This document shows positions 25,882 to 31,660 of a stretch of 31,660 nt of DNA, in pieces. The translations under genes were made by a program, and so were the position numbers. The first letter of the stretch is position 1. Each line of letters opens with the position of its first letter. The stretch lies in the IMG/VR virus record IMGVR_UViG_2541047727_000009. One strand, given 5' to 3'. Source of the stretch: a virus. Taxonomy: Duplodnaviria; Heunggongvirae; Uroviricota; Caudoviricetes; Peduoviridae. A model generated the notes under the pieces. That model saw only the letters and a program-made list of their open reading frames with translations, made no database searches and had not been told where the DNA came from.

Positions 25882-28163
25882 GTCCACTCCATTACTGTTG
25901 AGAATCCCGGCCACTCATCAGCGACCGGATACGTGAATTTTTTCCCGTCATAATTTACGGTTGCCCCACGCGCCAGCGCCTCAAGCTCCCATCGCTGCGG
26001 CCTGATACCGTTCTGAGCAAGGTCAACGCGGATACGGGTGATTTGCAATCGTTCCGGCCGGGTCAGTCTGGCCGATGGTGCAATTTCATGCGGTTTTAAC
26101 GGGCTTCCGTTTCTTTGCTGACGATTTGGCGTTCCCAGCCCGTGTTTTAATGCGCCCCTGAGCGCCTTCACGACCTCCGGCTCATTCCATTCGATAACAC
26201 CGTCATCAACCAGATTAAGCACTGCTGCGGCGTGCTCAGAAGGTGTGGGAGCCGGTAACGAAGTATCACCACCGGTGACCTTTCCACAGTTATTGACAGG
26301 ACTCCGAGGCGCGGCGATGCCGCTTTTTAAAGTCAAAGGCTCAACGACCGGAACTTTCGGCACAATGCGCCAGTCCGTCGTTCTGGTGATATGAATATGA
26401 CGCGCGCCGAGATGCGGCGCGTAAATGCCGACCACTCTCTCGACTTCTTCCTCGTACTCGTTAACGTCATCCGACGGGCTACGGGCAACCCTGACAGTCT
26501 GACAATCGCGCGGGACATTTGCCCCACCCTGCGCGCTGATATACAACGCAAAATCACCACTGTCTGCAGCAGCGCGAGCAGCCTCGACGCGTTCGTCAAA
26601 CTCATCAGCAATACTGACGCCGCGAGGCAATTTGCGTAGTTCACGGTAAGCCCCCATTGTCGGCAGGCCAACCGTTTTAAATTGCGGGATGCGCCACGTT
26701 GACGCCCATGCGGTAACAGCCGCCGCTGTGTCTTTCAGCGGTCTGCCGGTATCGTTATCGAGCTGACCATCCAGTGCATAGCCGTCGATGTTTTTTGAAA
26801 TGTATTTCGCGATATATCCCGCAGCACCGCCCCGGTTAAGGTGTTTTGCCTGAAAACGGTTTCGCGCGGCTCCTCTTTCGTCGCCATCCTCTTTGAGCGC
26901 ATAGCGACGCATGATTTCGATAATCTGGTTGCGCTGGCGTGGATTACAAAAAAGCATCATATGCCAGTGCGGCGTTCCGTCGTGGTGTGGCTCGACGACA
27001 CGCAAACCGTAGGCCTGTAAATCATTATCCTTGAATGCCGTGCGCATCAGGCTCCAGATACGGCAGAGATAACGCTGCGCATCCTTTGGATTAAATGCCT
27101 CATCGTTCCAGCCGTGATTAAGCTGAACGGTTTTACTTTCGCCTTTTCCGACCTGACGTGTCGGGTGATACTTTGACGGCGCGGTCAGCGTGATAAACAT
27201 CCCCACATCACCCTCTGCGGCGGCGTAACGCTCAATACCGGCAATGGTGTTCATCAGCTCCATCCGGCGAATTTCAGGATTAGAAATACTGCCCATCACC
27301 TTACTGATAAGGTCGATGCGCTCGCCGGTTTCCCTGTTTTCAAGGTCACACGATTTAAGAAATTCCAGATTTGCCTGGCGGCGCGCACGCACATCACGAA
27401 TGGCATGTTTACTGGCATAAGGAGAACGGTCTTTATTGACCTCCCCGACAGCAATCAGTAACGCCTCATGCCAGCGCATACGCTGGCCTTTAAGCTGATG
27501 AGTCCACCACTCATCGTTAAACAGGCGGGCAATGGCAGAATATGCCTGCCTCGTGGTCATCTGTCCTTTACGGTATTTTTTCCAGTAGAGCGGGGAAATA
27601 TTGAAAGCACGTGCAGCGCCAGCAACATGACCATAGAGGTGAGCCTGCGCCTCATCCGTAAACAGCGATTCTTTTTCGCCATGTGCATCAACCCAGGCAT
27701 CGCAGAGTTCCTCATACATCATGAAAAGCTGCGATGAGATACGGGCAGCAAACTTTTTCAGCTCCTTGTCATTCATTCCTGGCAGGCGCGCATAGTGGTC
27801 ACGCTCTGCCAGAAACAGCAACGACGCGTCGGTGTTCATTTCATGGCGCTGATTCACACGCTCAATGCGCGGCCATAAACGACGCTGAAAAGTGGATGTG
27901 AGGAAATAAAACCCGTGCACCGGGCTTTTATTGCGCCGGATGTAGTCATAGCGTGAAGTAAACAGCGAGCGCAAAAAGTAAGGCAGGCGGTTAATCGTGG
28001 ATAAAACACCTTGCACCTGACGCATCTCGTCACGTGTAAGGGGTCTTTCGCGCCCGACAGCCTCGCGTGGCGCGTTCCATGCATAAGCACCGGTAAACGC
28101 CTTACCGGTGCCTGCGGCAAATGCTGACGGAGGGACAAAACGCCCGGAGGCTTTAACGGCCAT
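25878..28163 (-). CDS. A: replication initiation protein A (rolling-circle initiator), 761 aa from internal ATG
   Basis: Large ORF downstream of B and four small orfs; ATG at 28163 gives 761 aa (P2 gpA size); ORF-track start at 28205 is an alternative. Confidence 0.85.
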   Translation of the reverse strand: MAVKASGRFVPPSAFAAGTGKAFTGAYAWNAPREAVGRERPLTRDEMRQVQGVLSTINRLPYFLRSLFTSRYDYIRRNKSPVHGFYFLTSTFQRRLWPRIERVNQRHEMNTDASLLFLAERDHYARLPGMNDKELKKFAARISSQLFMMYEELCDAWVDAHGEKESLFTDEAQAHLYGHVAGAARAFNISPLYWKKYRKGQMTTRQAYSAIARLFNDEWWTHQLKGQRMRWHEALLIAVGEVNKDRSPYASKHAIRDVRARRQANLEFLKSCDLENRETGERIDLISKVMGSISNPEIRRMELMNTIAGIERYAAAEGDVGMFITLTAPSKYHPTRQVGKGESKTVQLNHGWNDEAFNPKDAQRYLCRIWSLMRTAFKDNDLQAYGLRVVEPHHDGTPHWHMMLFCNPRQRNQIIEIMRRYALKEDGDERGAARNRFQAKHLNRGGAAGYIAKYISKNIDGYALDGQLDNDTGRPLKDTAAAVTAWASTWRIPQFKTVGLPTMGAYRELRKLPRGVSIADEFDERVEAARAAADSGDFALYISAQGGANVPRDCQTVRVARSPSDDVNEYEEEVERVVGIYAPHLGARHIHITRTTDWRIVPKVPVVEPLTLKSGIAAPRSPVNNCGKVTGGDTSLPAPTPSEHAAAVLNLVDDGVIEWNEPEVVKALRGALKHGLGTPNRQQRNGSPLKPHEIAPSARLTRPERLQITRIRVDLAQNGIRPQRWELEALARGATVNYDGKKFTYPVADEWPGFSTVMEWT

Positions 28164-28428
28164 ATGAGCCAAAAGCCTCTGAACAACGCCTGCTGAGTTG
28201 CTCAACCTGCGCGTTTAAATCAGCAAAAGACTTTGCGCTTCCGGTCAGAATATCGTGATGCATCAGGCCGGAAACGAGCTGGCTTAATTTCGGATAATAA
28301 CCAACCACCGCCAGCCATTCCTGACCGGCGTTTTTACCGCTTTCCGCTCTCTTTTTCTCGTGGAGAATAAACTGAAAGCTGTCACTGGTAACGACATAAC
28401 GTTCGCCAATTTCAATACGAATACTCAT
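28153..28428 (-). CDS. hypothetical protein, 91 aa (position of P2 orf83)
   Basis: ATG-initiated ORF overlapping the A start by 11 nt, within the B-to-A early operon. Confidence 0.6.
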   Translation of the reverse strand: MSIRIEIGERYVVTSDSFQFILHEKKRAESGKNAGQEWLAVVGYYPKLSQLVSGLMHHDILTGSAKSFADLNAQVEQLSRRCSEAFGSYGR

Positions 28429-28649
28429 GCCGTTCTCCGGTAATGTTTGTTTTTTGCTTCAAAGACTGACTGGCAGGAAACACAACGCGTGGCTGACGGA
28501 TAAGCCGCACGACGGGCAGCAGGTATTGGCGCGTCACACTCTTCGCAAACCAGCGCAGAAGCACCGCAATGTTTTACCCTTGCCGCGTTAATCTGACGCT
28601 CCAGTAATTCAGCCTGTTGTTCCTGAATAAAATCCACGTTGTCCGGCAT
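28425..28649 (-). CDS. TraR/DksA-type C4 zinc-finger protein, 74 aa (position of P2 orf82)
   Basis: CEECDAPIP...CVSCQ four-cysteine motif typical of the TraR/DksA family; ATG start; overlaps neighbours by 4 nt and 1 nt. Confidence 0.7.
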   Translation of the reverse strand: MPDNVDFIQEQQAELLERQINAARVKHCGASALVCEECDAPIPAARRAAYPSATRCVSCQSVFEAKNKHYRRTA

Positions 28650-28951
28650 TACCAGCTCCTTTTGTCGTTAAGTTTTTTAAATTCATCAGCGCAATAGCTG
28701 GCAATTTCTGTCGTTAATTTCGTCAGTTCATCCACGGAGGAGATTTGCTTGTGAAATACAGCGCGTTTAACAAGTAAATTGACCACATCAGACAGGATAT
28801 TTAATTCATTCTGATAAATCGCGATAACAGACTCAGTTATTTCGCGTTTTTCTTTATCAAGACCAAGTTGAATAAGAGATAGATCGCCATTTTTCATAAC
28901 GGTGATTTTTAAGGCGTTATTCAGTAATACAACTGAACGAGAACAGGACAT
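28649..28951 (-). CDS. hypothetical protein, 100 aa from ATG at 28951 (position of P2 orf81)
   Basis: ORF-track first codon is TTG at 28954; next codon is ATG and overlaps the upstream stop (ATGA). Confidence 0.55.
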   Translation of the reverse strand: MSCSRSVVLLNNALKITVMKNGDLSLIQLGLDKEKREITESVIAIYQNELNILSDVVNLLVKRAVFHKQISSVDELTKLTTEIASYCADEFKKLNDKRSW

Positions 28952-29175
28952 CAAAGCACCTCCCCGCGAGACAATCCGATATTGTGAAATTTTTCCGACT
29001 CCTGACTGAGCAGCTCGACTATCTCTACGCGGGATAACTCCGCCTTTGTGATGTGTCGAATCATGGCGTCAAGATGAGAAGAAAAGCGCGTCGCTGCATC
29101 GGCCTGTGCTTCGGTTCTGGCCTGTTGCAGCAGTAATGCGTATTTACCGCACTGATTTTCAGAAACTGTATGCAT
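28951..29175 (-). CDS. hypothetical protein, 74 aa from ATG at 29175 (position of P2 orf80)
   Basis: ORF-track start at 29208 is TTG; internal ATG at 29175 has GGAG 7 nt upstream. Confidence 0.5.
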   Translation of the reverse strand: MHTVSENQCGKYALLLQQARTEAQADAATRFSSHLDAMIRHITKAELSRVEIVELLSQESEKFHNIGLSRGEVL

Positions 29176-29238
29176 GACTTTCTCCAGGCAAAAAGAAGCC
29201 CCGCACAATTAAGTGCGTTAAAAACTCTGGTTAATTAC

Positions 29239-29739
29239 TTAATGCAGATATTGCTCTGGTTTTACCGACGTCAGAATTGTCGGTGCATACTCAAACAGGC
29301 TGAATAATTCACGTAATGCACGGAATAAAGCATCACGCCAGTAACATGATTCTTCATTAATTCGCCAGTATGGCTGGTTGAATTCTTTTTCAGTCAATCC
29401 GGCATGCATAAATAAAGTACGACGCTGACTGACTGTTAAAAAACTAATATATGCATACTCACTTGCGCCAACCTGACGGCGTTTTGAGAATGCCCCACGC
29501 AATTCATCAATTGCACAAACCAGCCGTTCACGTTCGACGTCGTTCATTTCTTCAAAACGCATCGTTGCGTGACGTTGTTTTAACTGCGCATGAAAGCAAA
29601 CTGTTAGCCGTTCGCGCTCCATCATCTGATTATAATAATCACATGTATCCTGCCAGCGAGGGACGGCCAGATGCTTACCAATTATCCGGCGCATAGCTGC
29701 TGGCTGTTTTTCAACGAGATTGAGCGTCATCACTGTCAT
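29239..29739 (-). CDS. B: replication protein B, 166 aa (alternative start 29745)
   Basis: ORF at the position of P2 gene B; ATG at 29739 overlaps the stop of the upstream small orf (ATGA). Confidence 0.8.
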   Translation of the reverse strand: MTVMTLNLVEKQPAAMRRIIGKHLAVPRWQDTCDYYNQMMERERLTVCFHAQLKQRHATMRFEEMNDVERERLVCAIDELRGAFSKRRQVGASEYAYISFLTVSQRRTLFMHAGLTEKEFNQPYWRINEESCYWRDALFRALRELFSLFEYAPTILTSVKPEQYLH

Positions 29740-29933
29740 TTCCATACCCTCCGGCTTTTCAGAAAGGTCAGAGCCTTTTTTAACGGACTCTGTTTTTTGG
29801 TGCGGATAATGATTCCCTTACGCCCCTTACCGTGGGTGATGGTGAAGTCAATCGCCCTGGGGCTTTCGTTACGCAGTAACTGCGCAATACAACGCGGCTC
29901 ATTCATAATCACAACCCCATCCACAAAAGCCAT
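29736..29933 (-). CDS. small hypothetical protein, 65 aa (position of P2 orf78)
   Basis: ATG-initiated ORF between cox and B, overlapping the cox 3' end by 25 nt. Confidence 0.5.
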   Translation of the reverse strand: MAFVDGVVIMNEPRCIAQLLRNESPRAIDFTITHGKGRKGIIIRTKKQSPLKKALTFLKSRRVWK

Positions 29934-30181
29934 GCATCACGCTGTTCAACCGGTCGGTTATAAAACGCCTCACGTACAGCGCGATTAAACTCTGGAATGA
30001 AAACCCATTTCTCACCGGCGCGGGCCTTCGGCTTATTTGGATCTCGAAGCTCGATAACCGGTAGCTTGTTAGCCTTTATCATTTCTGTAACTGCGGTTTT
30101 TGGTTTACCCAATAAATCTGCAAACTTTTCCGCATGTACCGCATCAAGCGGGTACTTAATCACATAATCATTAACTTCCAT
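29909..30181 (-). CDS. cox: Cox-like excisionase / early-operon regulator, 90 aa
   Basis: First gene of the leftward early operon, divergent from C; 90 aa (P2 Cox is 91 aa). Confidence 0.75.
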   Translation of the reverse strand: MEVNDYVIKYPLDAVHAEKFADLLGKPKTAVTEMIKANKLPVIELRDPNKPKARAGEKWVFIPEFNRAVREAFYNRPVEQRDAWLLWMGL

Positions 30182-30316
30182 CTATGTTACCCTCATAGGA
30201 TCCAGCCCCTTAAAAACCGCTTGGAACCGTTTAAGCGGCGCTGGACTCACGCCCGAAAAGGTTCTGGATTAATGACCTTTTCGGGGAATATAGTCATTAA
30301 GTCAGGACTATGTCAA
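30182..30316. promoter_or_regulatory. immunity switch region between divergent cox and C (expected Pe/Pc promoters and operators)
   Basis: 135-bp gap with inverted repeats CCGCTT-N10-AAGCGG (30217-30238) and CCCGAAAAGGT-N12-ACCTTTTCGGG (30252-30285). Confidence 0.5.
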
Positions 30317-30610
30317 ATGAATATCGCACAGAAATTAAGAGCAATAAGACAATCGGAAGGGCTAACTCAAGCAAAATTCAGTGAAATCAGCGGCATAGCG
30401 TTAGGAACGCTAAAGAATTACGAAGGAGGCCATCAAGACCCTGGCATCCAAGTTGTGTTGCAGGTCACCAATGCACCTCAGTTCCAAAAATACACACTAT
30501 GGCTCATGACAGATAAAACAGCGCCGGAAGCGGGACAAATCGCACCGGCTCTCGCGCACAGTGGGCCAGAGTCAACAGAATCCAACCACTCCGCGAAAAG
30601 GATTGGCTAA
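30317..30610 (+). CDS. C: immunity repressor C, 97 aa from internal ATG
   Basis: ATG at 30317 (MNIAQKLRAIRQSEGLTQAKFSEISG... with helix-turn-helix-like N-terminus); immediately upstream of int and divergent from cox. Confidence 0.7.
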   Translation: MNIAQKLRAIRQSEGLTQAKFSEISGIALGTLKNYEGGHQDPGIQVVLQVTNAPQFQKYTLWLMTDKTAPEAGQIAPALAHSGPESTESNHSAKRIG

Positions 30611-30679
30611 CTCTATATAAAAATTACATTTTCACCATTTGCCACCAAGATGGTGAATACAGCGCCGGAGGGCTTTCTT

Positions 30680-31660
30680 ATGGCAATTAAGAAGCTCGAT
30701 GATGGTCGCTATGAAGTGGACATTAGACCTCGCGGTCGCGACGGAAAACGCATCCGCAGGAAATTTGAAAGAAAAGCTGAAGCACTAGCATTTGAGCGAT
30801 ACACAATCGCCAATGCCAGTCAGAAAGAATGGGGAGGCCAGCGAGCAGACCGCCGAACTTTGACAGAATTGCTCGACATCTGGTGGAAATACCACGGGCA
30901 AAACCACGAGCATGGGACAAAAGAGTTTAATCATCTGCTCAAAACCATCAGCGGCATAGGTGATATACCAGTGAGTCGGATGAACAAAAGGGCTTTGATG
31001 GATTATCGCTCCATGCGACTACGTGATGGCATCAGTGCTGCAACGATAAACCGCGACATGTACCGATTATCCGGCATGTTCACAAAATTAATTCAATTGG
31101 ATGAATTTTCCGGGCAACACCCAATTCACGGACTGCCGCCACTGACGGAGGCTAACCCTGAAATGACGTTCCTGGAAAAAGCAGAAATCGAAAAACTGCT
31201 AAATGTTTTGACTGGTGATGACTTACTTGTCGCGCTTTTATGTCTGAGCACTGGAGGAAGGTGGACGGAAGTTGCCACACTAAAACCAGCACAGATTACA
31301 AGTTGCAGGGTTACCTTCCTGAAAACCAAAAACGGTAAAAAGCGAACAGTGCCGATTTCTGAGGAACTGGAGAAAAAAGTTAAAGAGGAGGCCAGCGCCA
31401 AATTGTTCAAGGTAGATTATGAGAAGTTTTGCGGGATTTTACGCAGAGTGAAACCTGATATACCTCCCAATCAGGCAACCCACATTCTGCGGCATACATT
31501 CGCAAGCCATTTCATGATGAATGGGGGCAACATAATTGCACTGCAACAGATTCTGGGGCATGCGAGCATTCAGCAGACAATGACCTATGCGCACCTTGCG
31601 CCTGACTACCTGCAGAACGCCGTCGCTCTGAATCCACTAAAAGGCGGAGTGACGTTATAA
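30680..31660 (+). CDS. int: tyrosine integrase, 326 aa
   Basis: ATG at 30680 preceded by GGAGG; C-terminus has the tyrosine-recombinase signature HILRHTFASHF...LGH...Y; stop codon is the last 3 nt of the window. Confidence 0.9.
   Translation: MAIKKLDDGRYEVDIRPRGRDGKRIRRKFERKAEALAFERYTIANASQKEWGGQRADRRTLTELLDIWWKYHGQNHEHGTKEFNHLLKTISGIGDIPVSRMNKRALMDYRSMRLRDGISAATINRDMYRLSGMFTKLIQLDEFSGQHPIHGLPPLTEANPEMTFLEKAEIEKLLNVLTGDDLLVALLCLSTGGRWTEVATLKPAQITSCRVTFLKTKNGKKRTVPISEELEKKVKEEASAKLFKVDYEKFCGILRRVKPDIPPNQATHILRHTFASHFMMNGGNIIALQQILGHASIQQTMTYAHLAPDYLQNAVALNPLKGGVTL

Noticed and set aside
31600-31660. Search for the att core or a tRNA integration target at the window edges
   Set aside because: The window begins at the ogr stop and ends at the int stop; the attachment junctions would lie outside, and no tRNA-like sequence was seen inside.

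Overview
The window is an almost complete P2-like temperate myovirus genome (prophage-style permutation: ogr at the left edge, integrase stop codon at the right edge, no att core inside). Gene order and product sizes match P2 throughout: ogr-D-U-T-E/E'-FII-FI-G-H-I-J-W-V-S-R-lysC/lysB-lysA-K-Y-X-L-M-N-O on the minus strand; P-Q on the plus strand; then the cos site (21840-21858); then an accessory slot; then A, four small orfs, B, a small orf and cox on the minus strand, and C-int on the plus strand. The region where P2 carries orf91/tin/old (between cos and gene A) instead holds a visibly AT-rich cargo module: (i) an ASCH/PUA-like protein with a C-terminal HExxH motif, translationally coupled to gene A; (ii) a predicted two-TM membrane protein; (iii) directly downstream in the same orientation, a ~311-aa protein with an R-x4-H (HEPN-like) motif and C-terminal Cys-rich zinc-ribbon motifs. 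Gene (iii) is split by a complete 1195-bp IS5 element with a 4-bp TTAG target duplication, and removing IS5 plus one duplication copy restores a single in-frame ORF. I read the membrane protein plus HEPN-like/zinc-ribbon pair as a candidate, apparently undescribed, anti-phage (abortive-infection-type) module at a known P2 defence hotspot, now inactivated by IS5. All family assignments rest on remembered motifs and gene order, not on database searches. No tRNA, rRNA or CRISPR array was seen.
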